64,000 nucleotides of DNA. Origin: Macrostomum lignano. Lineage: Eukaryota. This document shows, piece by piece, positions 47,054-58,920 of this stretch. Every line of letters begins with the position of its first letter. The stretch's first letter is position 1. The position numbers were made by a program, and so were the translations under genes. The stretch lies in assembly GCA_002269645.1 (NCBI GenBank), contig NIVC01000099.1, positions 62,001 through 126,000 on the forward strand. Reading direction: 5' to 3'. The notes below the pieces were generated by a model. It did no database searches, had not been told where the DNA came from, and was given only the letters and a program-made list of their open reading frames with translations.

Positions 47054-47965
47054 TATGGCTCTGTTTAATGGCGGTTGCAAGCGAGAGTTGCAGACCAGAC
47101 TGGACTAGGCCATGGCTCTGCTTAATGGCGGTTGCAAGCGAGAGTTGCAGACCAGACTGGACTAGACCATGGCTCTGCTTAATGGCGGTTGCAAGCGAGA
47201 GTTGCAGACCAGACTGGACTAGGCCATGGCTCTGCTTAATGGCGGTTGCAAGCGAGAGTTGCAGACCAGACTGGACTAGGCCATGGCTCTGCTTAATGGC
47301 GGTTGGAAGCGAGAGTTGCAGACCAGACTGGACTAGGCCATGGCTCTGCTTAATGGCGGTTGCAAGCGAGAGTTGCAGACCAGACTGGACTAGGCCATGG
47401 CTCTGCTTAATGGCGGTTGGAAGCGAGAGTTGCAGACCAGACTGGACTAGGCCATGGCTCTGCTTAATGGCGGTTGCAAGCGAGAGTTGCAGACCAGACT
47501 GGACTAGGCCATGGCTCTGCTTAATGGCGGTTGGAAGCGAGAGTTGCAGACCAGACTGGACTAGACCATGGCTCTGCTTAATGGCGGTTGCAAGCGAGAG
47601 TTGCAGACCAGACTGGACTAGACCATGGCTCTGCTTAATGGCGGTTGGAAGCGAGAGTTGCAGACCAGACTGGACTAGACCATGGCTCTGCTTAATGGCG
47701 GTTGCAAGCGAGAGTTGCAGACCAGACTGGACTAGGCCATGGCTCTGCTTAATGGCGGTTGCAAGCGAGAGTTGCAGACCAGACTGGACTAGACCATGGC
47801 TCTGCTTAATGGCGGTTGGAAGCGAGAGTTGCAGACCAGACTGGACTAGACCATGGCTCTGCTTAATGGCGGTTGGAAGGGAGAGTTGCAGACCAGACTG
47901 GACTAGGCCATGGCTCTGCTTAATGGCGGTTGGAAGCGAGAGTTGCAGACCAGACTGGACTAGAC
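47054..47965. repeat. 57-bp tandem repeat, ~16 copies
   Basis: Unit catggctctgcttaatggcggttgcaagcgagagttgcagaccagactggactaggc with few variants. Confidence 0.97.
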
Positions 47966-48707
47966 CAATTTGTCACAAAACCAAGCCAACAGTCACAACA
48001 CGCTTGTCAGAGTGATGAAGGCAGCACAGCAGCAGCATGGAGCACCATGAAGGGAATCCAAACGGCACCAGCGCCTCTCCTGCAGGGCACCAACCACTTT
48101 GACCAGAGGATCGCCCGAGAAGAGACAAACTGCTCCGGCTGAGGACTCTTCAATGCCAGACTGCGGAGATCGACCTCTTTGGAATGCTTCGAGTCATCGT
48201 GCCTTTTCTACTCTGACCCTCTTTCTTCACAATCCTTTGTGTCCACCTTTGTCCGTCTAGGGGTGAGGTGTTCCGGCTGCTTTAACAATGCGCATCCGCG
48301 TCTGTATAAAGGGTTTCCTCTTTCCTGTCAAGTTGTGCTTGGTTATTAGGGTGTTAGATTACCCAATTTTTTGGGCCTTCAGACTCATGTTAATCATAAG
48401 GGTTTTCATAGCATTCATAGTTGAGCAAACATCCTGTTTTGCTTAAAAGTGCCTTGGCGTAACGAAAGATCACTTCTAAAAAAAGCTAAGAGCGCATACT
48501 TAAAAGAGCGTTTACGGCTCGTATTCTATGGTCACATTGCAGCTTTTGTCTCTGCTGAAGTCACAGCAGCAAAGAGCAAGGCTACATCTTTTTAGGAATG
48601 GCTCTATTCCAGCAATGCAGAATCCAGCTGTAAATAATAGCATCTGCAGTTTTATAAAATCCCCACAAGAAAGTTTTTGCTTTGGGCAAAGCTCTGCTGC
48701 TTGAAGC

Positions 48708-50252
48708 ATGGCGTCGCAGTGGCAGCAGCTGCTTGGGCTGCTCGCCACTGTCTCTGACTGTCGAGCACTGCTAAGCAGCTCCCTTAAAACTTCCAGCCAG
48801 AAAGGCGGCAAATGCTGCAACTGCTGGCTCACGGAACCTGCCTGTGCTCTCGTGCGGGCCCGGAAACTCTCCCGGCTAACAGACATGCAGCTGGAGGCCC
48901 TGACTGCTATCCAGAGCTTCTGTCTGCTCTGTAGGCGACATCGGAGCTACAACGCCAGCAACGCTGGAGCAGCCGTGATGACACCCACCTGGACTGAGCG
49001 AGATCGTCAGTGTCTTCACGGCAAAAATCACCGACCGCCGCACCAACGGCTTGGCATGTTTCGCTCGGCCATAATCCGCCAGCTCTGGGAGATTCACCGA
49101 CTTCTGCTAGCCCTCATCGATATGGACAAGGCTCAGGAAGACCGGTCCGCTAAGCCAGACTGTGCTCGCAAATCCAGTAGGTCTCGCTCCTTGAGCGCCA
49201 TCGAGATGCAGTTGGACACAACTAGCAGCGAAGTGCGCTGCTGCGGCGACAGCCGGCGAACGGGCTTCGGAGAGCAGAGGTTTCTGTCGATCCCGCTGCA
49301 TCAAGAGTGCCACAACCTGCAGACGCCACCCGGCAGTCCGACGACGACATTCGAGACGAGGCCGCACCAAAAACTAAACGCAACGTCTATGCGCAGTAAC
49401 TCGATGTCGGAGTGGAGTTTTGCATGTGCAGCTGCGGCTGACAGGCAGGTGTGCTTCGCGTCCACTGTCTGTGTTGGCAAAGTCGGGAGTGCGCCAAAGG
49501 CTTTAGCAGTAAAATCAGCTGTTGAGTCAGCAAAACCTGCGACGCAAGCTCCGTCCAAAGCCAACACGGCTGCCAAAGCTTCTGGGAACGAACAGCCGTT
49601 GATTGGCGTCGACCTAATATTATTGAAGAAAAACTATCAGCAGTTCGTCGAGCAGAACGTCAACAGCATGTCGTCTCCGTTCAGCAGAAGCGACAGCAGC
49701 GCGACTATCGACAGTGATGTCCCGGAACTGAGCAGCAACTCAGAGAAGAAAAACAAAGCGAGTAAGATCAGAGAGGACATCGTGTTTCAGAGAGTGCTCT
49801 GTACCGAAGATCGGTCTCAAGCGCGGGAGGTTGGCAGCTCGAACGCCGCTCTGTTGACAACTCTCAGCAGCTTGAAGAGCCGCATCGATGCCATCAAGAA
49901 GAACCTGTCGGAGCGAGATTGCGACGGCTGCAGCAGCTTCAGCGCCGATCACAACGGGGGCGAAAGCGCAAGCCGCAGAAAGTCTCGATCGGACCGTTCA
50001 GACCGAGGCCGAAGGCCGACCTCGCAGCCGGTGCCGGCGAAGCCAGAAGCCACTCGGGGCCCGGCGCGCAACCAGAGTAATCTGAACTTGAAGCTCGAAG
50101 CTCAGCCAACGCAATGGCAGCTGCGGTCTATTGCGGCCAGGCTGGACCGCACCGTGAGCCAGCTGGGCAGCATGCTTGGCTCGGCCATGTGGCTGTGCCG
50201 CAGGCGAAGTCCCGGAGCTCCAACCCTGAGGAGGCGTTCACGCCGGAAGTAA
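48708..50252 (+). CDS. Hypothetical S/R/A-rich low-complexity protein; true start and splicing unresolved
   Basis: 514-codon open frame in non-repetitive DNA with GC-rich codons from about 49121 (MDKAQEDR...). There is a possible donor near 50155. No recognisable domain. Confidence 0.45.
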   Translation: MASQWQQLLGLLATVSDCRALLSSSLKTSSQKGGKCCNCWLTEPACALVRARKLSRLTDMQLEALTAIQSFCLLCRRHRSYNASNAGAAVMTPTWTERDRQCLHGKNHRPPHQRLGMFRSAIIRQLWEIHRLLLALIDMDKAQEDRSAKPDCARKSSRSRSLSAIEMQLDTTSSEVRCCGDSRRTGFGEQRFLSIPLHQECHNLQTPPGSPTTTFETRPHQKLNATSMRSNSMSEWSFACAAAADRQVCFASTVCVGKVGSAPKALAVKSAVESAKPATQAPSKANTAAKASGNEQPLIGVDLILLKKNYQQFVEQNVNSMSSPFSRSDSSATIDSDVPELSSNSEKKNKASKIREDIVFQRVLCTEDRSQAREVGSSNAALLTTLSSLKSRIDAIKKNLSERDCDGCSSFSADHNGGESASRRKSRSDRSDRGRRPTSQPVPAKPEATRGPARNQSNLNLKLEAQPTQWQLRSIAARLDRTVSQLGSMLGSAMWLCRRRSPGAPTLRRRSRRK

Positions 50253-51557
50253 TTAGAATGCTTTGCCTTATTGCGTGAACTATGTTACTTAATTTTAGTT
50301 AAAAAATTCAGTAAAAGTATTTCAGTGCAATAAGTTACCTGAATTTGTACGAGCTATTTATCCCCTCGAACAGATAAATTATATTACAATCTTGAACGAA
50401 AACAGGAAATGCAGACGTTACATTTAAATGTGCGTTTTGCTGTGTAAATGCTCGCGCACTGTAGAGCTCGTAGTTGAAAGCTTATTATTACTCTACAGTA
50501 AATATATGTAAGCACTACTGACAGTAATCTTGCCCTGTTCAAAACGCTCGATCCGAACACTAGAGTGCGAAGTTTGCGAAATTTCTTCTTATTTATCGTG
50601 GGTGAAGGTTAGGATGTCTTCTGCATGCTTTCTATGGCTTGACAGCAGCAACAAAAGCATGCCGTCAGTCACCTCTGACGAGCAGCATTGCGTCGTCATC
50701 AGCAACAGCCGGCAGGTCATCGACAAAACGATAAAGTCCTCTATTGTCCTCGCCGTTAGGGAGCGTGCAGCGTCAGCAGCAGCCCCCCCCCCGTGCACCC
50801 AACCTTGACAGGACACACAAAGCTTGCTTTGAGAGCTTAGTAAAACTCCACAGCTTTCACGAATTCGCTCCATTGTTCTGCTAGAGAGACAGTTTAGCAA
50901 ATATTGATTCATATTCAGCTACACAATCCAGTCAGTCAACCGTGTTTGGCTTCCAGGGTTTATTCCGTCAAAATTTTGATACTAAGGATGTCAAAGCAGC
51001 TCATGGTTAAAATTTTCTGACTATTGCGCCACGGTTGAATTCGTGCACTCCCGCATTCATTTGGAGCTTGCGCAATCAACGTCCTTGAAGGCCAACCCCC
51101 AATGCACAGTGAAGTGTACATGCCTAACGATAAATAAAGTTAGCGCCACTCCTGTGTCAGTGCGTGCCTGTGCGTATGTCTGCGAGCTCTGTTTGTGTTA
51201 GGGGGACAATGTCTCCGAAGGCGTTCCGCCGGGGTGCTCGTAATCCTTTTGCTTCTGGATGTTTGCGTTTAGACTATTGAAAAAAAATTTATACTCGTAC
51301 AATTTCCAATCCAGAAGCGCTGTTCCTTAAAACTTTTCGTCGGTGCCTTGTATTTGATAATAAGTAAAAGTATGCATTCTAATAAAGCATTATGCTGTTA
51401 TAAATATGTATAAATATTTAATAATTAAGATCAATAGCGATAGAAATAGGCAGCGTATTTCAGTTCAGTACGAGTTCTTGACTTTTTAAAAGAATGTTCT
51501 TGCAGATGTTGTTGCCGCCCCATCACAGGCAAGGGCGGTCGCGGCGGCTGGCAGAGC

Positions 51558-54500
51558 TCAGCACAGAGTCTCGAGCTGCTGCACTTCCGTGAGGTTCAGC
51601 GCGGCGGCCGCGATGCCGTAGCAGTGCACGGTGCCTTTGAATGGCGAGAAGCTGCTGTAGCCGATTTTGAGACCGCCGTCTCCGAACAAGGTGTCCGGGT
51701 CAGTGGTGTAAGTGGCTGCCGACGAGTCGCGCGTGCCGTTGTAAAAGAAGGTCGCCATATTCGTCTCGGCCAGATCGATGGCCACCGCCGTGCTGTACGT
51801 CGCCGGATTGGAAAAGTCCTGCGGCAGAAATTCGCTGCCGGAGGTGAACTCCCGGCTGGTCAGGTCGCGTTCCAAGAAGACGGCGCGACCGCCGACGCCC
51901 CGGCACCATCGTCCTGTGCCGCCGTCCGGGGCTCCGACGCTTCGGTTGAACACCCAGTGGAAACAGCGGCCCTCGAAGTCATACGTGGCCGTTACCTTGG
52001 CAGTGAGGACAGGGGATCGCGTTAATGGCCTCATTAATTGGGTCAGGACTACTGCATTGACTAATACCCAGTAAGAATGCTTTAATACGATAACACCGTG
52101 TAACACTATACTTGTCTTTAGGCTAAAATGTTTTTTTCCTATTTGTCATGCCAATATAAAGTAAAAAATAGTATTTTTTTATCCCAGACTTCGGTTTTAA
52201 ACATAATACTTCAGCTTAGTGATATTATATAAATATTAAATAAATATTATTATATTAACCTAAACAGATTTTACTATTAGGCTTCATACATCAGCAGATT
52301 TATCAGAAATGTTTTCCTTGTTGTAATCATAGGAAAAAGGCAATCAGAAAGCAATGTTTTTGCGAGCTTTGCAGTTGTAGGTCAGGTCACTTTCACGCAG
52401 AAGGCTCCACACGTAGTCGCCCATCATACTCTCATTGTACTGGCCTTTGTACCTCTCCTCAAAGTCCTTGATGTCCTGATGGAATCGTTCTCCTTGTTCT
52501 TCTGAGTAGTCACCCATGTTGCGGCAAAAGACGTCCAAATGAGAATGAAGCATATGTAGCTTTAGTGACATGCGACAGCCCATTCTTCTGTACGACTCAA
52601 TCAGGTCCTCAATGAGCTTCTTATAGTTGGATGCCTTGTGGTTACCAAGGAAGCCCTGCACAACTGCGACGAAGCTTCTCCATGCAGTTCGCTCAGTTCT
52701 AGAGAGCTTGCTTGGAAAGTCATCCGAATCAATCAGTTGCTTCACTTGCGGCCCAACAAAAACTCCAGCCTTGACCTTTGCCTCCGAAAGCCTTGGAAAC
52801 AAGTGTTGTAAGTACTCAAAAGCTGAGCCTGTCTGATCCAACTGCTTCACAAACTGCTTGATCAGTCCGAGCTTCATGTGCAATGGTGGCATAAGCACTT
52901 TTGCTGGATCGATTAGTGGATCGTACTTGACGTTGTGTGAGCCAACTAAATACTCCGATCTCAGCGGCCAGTTGCGCTTGCGGTAGTGGTTGCTCGTATC
53001 TCGGCTGTCCCAGAGGCAGATGTAGCATGGGTACTTGGTAAAGCCACCTTGAAGTCCCATCAACAGGCCAATCATTTTAAAGTCACCGATGATATCCCAG
53101 TTGAACCGACTGTACTTCAGAGCATCCAATAGTACCTTTAGATTAAAGTGCTCTTCCTTCATCTGCACCGAGTGAGCCAGAGGAATGGACGGCAGCCGGT
53201 TGGTGTTGTGGAGCAGCACAACCTTTAGACTTCTGCAGGAACTGTCAATGAATAGACGCCATTGGTCAGTGATGCAAGGAACTTTCATAGCTTCAAAGAG
53301 ACCTTTGACATCATGACAGTAGCAGAATCTGTCCTCAAGCGTAAAAAAAGCTGAGAATTCCCGATGTCGCTCTCGCTGAAAAGTAACGCGAACACTGTCA
53401 TCAAGCAGATCCCACTGCTTCAGGCGCGAGATGAGCAACTCCGCATTGGACTTGGTCAAAGAGAGATCTCGGACAAGGTCGTTAATGTCCTGTTGCTTTG
53501 GATAGTATGGAGATCTCGTGACAGTGTGAGTCCAGCATCTTTTGCAGCCTGATGATGGAGCAACCTCTTCTTCAGACTTATCTGAGTAGACATCTTCTGT
53601 AGATGCCGCCTGGGGAGGCTGAGGTACAGGCAGGTGGCTGGCATTGTGAGGAACAGGTGCCATTGACGACGGAATGTCAGGGTAACTGATTGGGGTTGCA
53701 TTCTTCCCCTTGCGCCTCTTGGTTGGGTCTACCATGCAGAAGAAGCAGTCATTTAGGTGATCTGTTGGCTCTCGCCACACTCTAGGAATAGCGAAGGGCA
53801 TTGCTTGCTTTTCCCCTCTGTACCAGCCTTCAAGTGTGCGGCAGCAGTACTCGCAGATCACATGCGGAGCCCAGGGCTTGTTTTGGTCACCTACTGGCAT
53901 ACCAAAGTACGCTTGTTTTGCCATAGCACGCCCATCCAGCTTGTGTTTCTTTGCTGACTTGGCAAAGAATTCGCCACACACGTAGCAGAAGCTGTCCGCT
54001 CCGTACTTACATCCCCTTGAAGCCATGGTGTCAGCAACAATAACGTTGAACGATTCGTTTTGAAATGAATGGCTGCAATGAGTAGCATACATGTACCACG
54101 TTGTTAGCAAATGAACAAATTAACACACAGGCATACCAATATATGACTTAACATGCACTCTAGAGCATCTACTGTTGAAAAAAGTATTCAGTGAATGAAA
54201 AAAGAAAATCAATAGGAAAAAACATAGCTTTTAGCATTTACAAAACACATAATCTCAAATAACTGAAGTCAGGCTTGCCAACCCAAAGTTTGTAAGCAAT
54301 CAGCAATTAAATTGGGTTCAGTAGTTGACCTAGACTAAGAAAAAGCAATTTTTCAATGAAAGACAAGATTTTTATTTATTTTTGTTACACGGTGTAATAA
54401 TTAAGCAATCGCAAGAGGGCAGCCTGGCGCAATGCTTTCGCCGACATTGTTGCACAACCCTACCGCGCCAATAGCGCGCCAAAACTGTATACGCACTCGC

Positions 54501-55300
54501 AAACACGCACACACAAGGGTTTACAGCGGCCGTGACTTTTTAATCGTCAGGCACATAAGCGTTTAATGAGTGGCCTACCTTGTGCATATATGATCTTTGG
54601 GTTAGCCTTCATGAGACCACGACAACTAAATTTCGTCAGCCCCACATGAACGCACATAGCCGCGCACATAATCAAACCAGTGGTCGTGGCACGCGAGTCG
54701 GATGCGTTTACCACACGGAGCAAATCTGCCCCTAATCCCAAATTCGAACAAGCTTACCTTGATGAAGAAGCTGAGCTGGTTATGGGGCAAGTAGTGGCCG
54801 AGTGCGCCACCCATCAGGTCGACTTCAAGGTTGGAGTCGAATGAGCCCAGCAGCTCAACTCCCAGGCGGTTCCTCGCGGCATTGTTGGCGGTCAGGCCGA
54901 AGGCGCTCGCGTTGAGCTGGTTGCTCAGGCTAAACCGGAAGTTATAAAAGGCCAGCAGCTTTGGCGCAACGTTGTCAGGAATCGGCGGCGGCCTGATGAG
55001 GCTCCGGCAGCTTCCGGCTTGCCAGAACTGCAGCCAGGCGGCGAGGGTGCCCAGCTGGCAGGTGGCAGCGGCGGGCGAGTGATAGGCCACCACGCATGCC
55101 GGCCACAGCGAGCACTCGACGGCACAGGTGCGCCGATCGGTGGCTCCGGACACAAGGCGGAGGTTGGCGTCGGTGCCGGCTGACAGAGCCGGGCAGGTGG
55201 CCTCCTCAGTGAAGGCGGCTCGGGTGTCAGCCGCTCGAGCGGGAGCCGCAGTCAGTGCGATCGCGGCAGCCAGCAGAAGGCGGAGATGCGGCAGAGGCAT
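51558..55300 (-). CDS. Secreted PAN/Apple + laminin G/concanavalin-like domain protein, 2 exons
   Basis: Exon 1 55300-54758 (signal MPLPHLRLLLAAAIALTAAPARA; PAN RRTCAVECSLWPACVVAYHSPAAATCQL; LLAFYNF), donor AAG/GTAAGC. Exon 2 51995-51558 (phase 0; TFFYNG..GGLKIGYSSFSPFKGTVHCYGIAAAALNLTEVQQL*), a typical LamG/pentraxin-like C-terminus. Confidence 0.78.
52094..54394 (-). mobile_element. Full-length Chapaev3-type DNA transposon in the intron of the PAN-LamG gene
   Basis: Perfect 12-bp TIRs CACCGTGTAACA (52094-52105) / TGTTACACGGTG (54383-54394), a shared subterminal CTTGTCTTT motif, and a TAA target-site duplication on both sides (52091-52093, 54395-54397). 2301 bp long, with one intact transposase ORF. 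Confidence 0.9.
52344..54026 (-). CDS. Chapaev3-type DDE transposase, 560 aa, intronless
   Basis: MASRGCKYGADSFCYVCGE N-terminal Cys-rich domain; WREPTDHLNDCFFC; catalytic-type motifs LFIDSS, IIGDFKM, TKYPCYICLWDSR, MPPLHMKLGL, FVGPQV, YSEEQGERFHQD. No stops or frameshifts. Confidence 0.9.
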   Translation of the reverse strand: MASRGCKYGADSFCYVCGEFFAKSAKKHKLDGRAMAKQAYFGMPVGDQNKPWAPHVICEYCCRTLEGWYRGEKQAMPFAIPRVWREPTDHLNDCFFCMVDPTKRRKGKNATPISYPDIPSSMAPVPHNASHLPVPQPPQAASTEDVYSDKSEEEVAPSSGCKRCWTHTVTRSPYYPKQQDINDLVRDLSLTKSNAELLISRLKQWDLLDDSVRVTFQRERHREFSAFFTLEDRFCYCHDVKGLFEAMKVPCITDQWRLFIDSSCRSLKVVLLHNTNRLPSIPLAHSVQMKEEHFNLKVLLDALKYSRFNWDIIGDFKMIGLLMGLQGGFTKYPCYICLWDSRDTSNHYRKRNWPLRSEYLVGSHNVKYDPLIDPAKVLMPPLHMKLGLIKQFVKQLDQTGSAFEYLQHLFPRLSEAKVKAGVFVGPQVKQLIDSDDFPSKLSRTERTAWRSFVAVVQGFLGNHKASNYKKLIEDLIESYRRMGCRMSLKLHMLHSHLDVFCRNMGDYSEEQGERFHQDIKDFEERYKGQYNESMMGDYVWSLLRESDLTYNCKARKNIAF

Positions 55301-55782
55301 GGCGGGATTTTTGTCTAGCTAGATAGTTATCAAGCCCAGCCGCTTTTGTCGGGCGGTTTTAGCCTGATTAAGCGGTAGTGTTTTGTTGCTATGGCAACCG
55401 ATAGGGCGAGTGGAGTGAGGCGGTTGGGCGCTGCTGCCAGACCCAGCGAGACACAGTTGGATGAGGTACGAGTCAAGCACAGGCGAAACAGCAGCAGCGC
55501 GCAGCCGGGCCAAAATGCAGTGAGGTGGAAAGTCAGGCTTCGCTGGGGAATCAGAAAACAGGGACTTCTATAGAATATGGACTAGAACTCAACGCCGATA
55601 TCAAAAGCTGCAATATCTGAAATTTACCCCAGTTTCACATAGAATAGCAGAGGACTACTCTCGTGTTAGGGAAGAAATTACCCTTCTATCGATGCTTATT
55701 TTCCAGTCCACATATTTTAGAAGTCCGTGTAACTGATGCTTATACTCACATACGAATGTACTCAGAATATATGGAATAAAAG

Positions 55783-55783
<1 letters not shown>

Positions 55784-55814
<31 letters not shown>
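55784..55814. repeat. (GA)n microsatellite
   Basis: Directly visible. Confidence 0.95.
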
Positions 55815-55818
<4 letters not shown>

Positions 55819-56340
55819 GGGAGTTTCCGTGCGCTGCCGTGTATGGAACTGAAAATGAAATATTTTTGCCTGCAAAAGCAAAAACACCACTTGCTACCTT
55901 GGAAGCTGGGACTGAGAACTAAGAGGCAGCCAGCAGATTTGCTTTCAGAGACTGTTCCAGCTTTTCCAGCTGCTGAAAAACCAATTATTTCTGCCAAAGC
56001 TGAGTTGAGTTTTTCCCAAACTGGACAACAATGAGCCGTGGAATGAGGGAGGCTGCAGCGCTTTTTAATAATTAATTGGCATTAGTCGCTTGGCTGTTAT
56101 TGATTGGGCTGGGCGATGCCAATTTGTTTAATTGATTGGCTCTGTCTCTCGCCTTGGGATATTTTTTATTATTTACATGGAGCGCAATAAATATAGAAAA
56201 AACTTATAATTACTCAAAACCGAGGCAACGCCGAAACTGTCTTACGAGAGAAGGCATGTTTTCGAACCCCATCATCAACCTCCAACCTCAGAACACAAGG
56301 GACACACTGTCTTCAGATATTCGAGAACGAAACTTTAAAT

Positions 56341-56725
56341 CACAAGGACACACAACCTCAAGACACACGGACAGATGATAAGCATAAGACGCCCTTGGCA
56401 CGCAACCGTAAGATGTCCTGGCACGAAACCTCACGACGCCCTGGCACACAACATCACGACGTCATGGCACACAACCTCACGACGTCATGGCACACAACTT
56501 TACGACGTCATGGCACACAACTTTACGACGTCATGGCACACAACCTCAAGACACACGGACAGATGATAAGCATAAGAAGCCCTTGGCACCTCACGACGTC
56601 CTGGCACACAACCTCAAGAAGTCCTGGCACACAACCTCAAGAAGTCCTGGCACACAACCTCAAGAAGTCCTGGCACACAACCTCAAGAAGTCCTGGCACA
56701 TAACCTCAAGAAGTCTTGGCACGCA
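56341..56725. repeat. Degenerate 23-bp minisatellite (cacacaacctcaagaagtcctgg and variants)
   Basis: Directly visible tandem units. Confidence 0.9.
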
Positions 56726-56907
56726 GACAAGGCTGTGAAGGAACGGCGTTTATTGATTCATAATTTTGGAACACGTCTGAGTTTTTTGCTCTTACCCAGG
56801 GCACCCGTCCGTCCTGCCGAGAATCCTCTATGGCAAAGTGCCAAAAACGGTCTATACGCCAACACCTATAGAATATCCCTCAGCTCTGGGGCAGAATTCT
56901 CATCAGC

Positions 56908-57153
56908 ATGGAAATGTGCAGAATTCTGGCATATTTGTTTATCATTGGCAGCCTGGTCTCTTCCGCTGACCAGCAGAAGCAGCAGCAAGAAAAGTCAAAG
57001 CAGCCCAGCAGGCTGACCTTCTCCTGCATCTACACGCAGGTCTGCAGGCCGACAATGGAGGACTGCGAGACCGCATGTCCTGACGGCTGGAGCCAGCCCT
57101 GCCATCTGGAGCCGGCCAGCAAGAAGTATTGCTGCACCGGCTGCTTCTGGTGA
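56908..57153 (+). CDS. Small secreted cysteine-rich peptide, single exon, 8 Cys in mature part
   Basis: Signal peptide M(EM)CRILAYLFIIGSLVSSA, Q/K-rich pro-region, mature CIYTQVCRPTMEDCETACPDGWSQPCHLEPASKKYCCTGCFW*. GC-rich codons sit in AT-rich flanks. Confidence 0.78.
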   Translation: MEMCRILAYLFIIGSLVSSADQQKQQQEKSKQPSRLTFSCIYTQVCRPTMEDCETACPDGWSQPCHLEPASKKYCCTGCFW

Positions 57154-57329
57154 CCCAAGCAGTGTTCATTTACTATTTTATTTGTGTAAGCTGTGTTATG
57201 GTAAATACAATACAAATCAAGCACCGTAGCGTTGTGTGCTTATCCTCTGTATCGATTCTACACTGAATGAAAGCAGTGCTTGCGTTATGATATGACAGCT
57301 AATAAATCATTTGGGACAATAGGACTTTC

Positions 57330-58920
57330 TACTCCCTGTTCATACAGTCTACTCCATTCACATCCAGTCTACTCCATTCACATCCAGTCTACTCCATTCA
57401 CATCCAGTCTACTCCATTCACATCCAGTCTACTCCATTCACATCCAGTCTACTCCATTCACATCCAGTCTACTCCATTCACATCCAGTCTACTCCATTCA
57501 CATACAGTCTACTCCATTCACATCCAGTCTACTCCATTCACATCCAGTCTACTCCATTCACATCCAGTCTACTCCATTCACATCCAGTCTACTCCATTCA
57601 CATCCAGTCTACTCCATTCACATACAGTCTACTCCATTCACATCCAGTCTACTCCATTCACATCCAGTCTACTCCATTCACATCCAGTCTACTCCATTCA
57701 CATCCAGTCTACTCCATTCACATCCAGTCTACTCCATTCACATACAGTCTACTCCATTCACATCCAGTCTACTCCATTCACATTCAGTCTACTCCATTCA
57801 CATCCAGTCTACTCCATTCACATCCAGTCTACTCCATTCACATCCAGTCTACTCCATTCACATTCAGTCTACTCCATTCACACCCAGTCTACTCCATTCA
57901 CATTCAGTCTACTCCATTCACATCCAGTCTAATCCATTCACATCCAGTCTACTCCATTCACATCCAGTCAACTCCATTCACAACCAGTCTACTCCATTCA
58001 CATTCAGTCTACTCCATTCACATCCAGCCTAATCCATTCACATCCAGTCTACTCCATTCACATCCAGCCTAATCCATTCACATCCAGTCTACTCCATTCA
58101 CATCCAGTCTACTCCATTCACATCCAGTCTACTCCATTCACATCCAGTCTACTCCATTCACATCCAGTCTACTCCATTCACATCCAGTCTACTCCATTCA
58201 CATACAGTCTACTCCATTCACATCCAGTCTACTCCATTCACATTCAGTCTACTCCATTCACATCCAGTCTACTCCATTCACATCCAGTCTACTCCATTCA
58301 CATCCAGTCTACTCCATTCACATTCAGTCTACTCCATTCACACCCAGTCTACTCCATTCACATTCAGTCTACTCCATTCACATCCAGTCTAATCCATTCA
58401 CATCCAGTCTACTCCATTCACATCCAGTCAACTCCATTCACAAATAGTCTACTCCATTCACATTCAGTCTACTCCATTCACATCCAGCCTAATCCATTCA
58501 CATCCAGTCTACTCCATTCACATCCAGCCTAATCCATTCACATCCAGTCTACTCCATTCACATCCAGTCTACTCCATTCACATCCAGTCTACTCCATTTA
58601 CATACAGTCTACTCCATTCACAACCAGTCTACTCCATTCACATTCAGTCTACTCCATTCACATCCAGCCTAATCCATTCACATCCAGTCTACTCCATTCA
58701 CATTCAGTCTACTCCATTCACATCCAGTCTACTCCATTCACATACAGTCTACTCCATTCACATCCAGTCTACTCCATTCACATACAGTCTACTCCATTCA
58801 CAACCAGTCTACTCCATTCACATTCAGTCTACTCCATTCACATCCAGCCTAATCCATTCACATCCAGTCTACTCCATTCACATTCAGTCTACTCCATTCA
58901 CATCCAGTCTACTCCATGCA
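57330..58920. repeat. 20-bp minisatellite (actccattcacatccagtct), ~79 copies, with higher-order structure
   Basis: Directly visible; variant-unit series recur at 460-bp and 180-bp offsets. Confidence 0.98.

Noticed and set aside
47029-48015. 328-aa ORF of 19-aa repeats, and possible CRISPR-like array
   Set aside because: The 57-bp units are head-to-tail with no unique spacers and there are no cas genes in this eukaryotic context. The open frame follows from the unit length being a multiple of 3; coding cannot be fully excluded without RNA data.
57280-58032. 250-aa His/Ser-rich ORF
   Set aside because: It is a translation of the 20-bp satellite.
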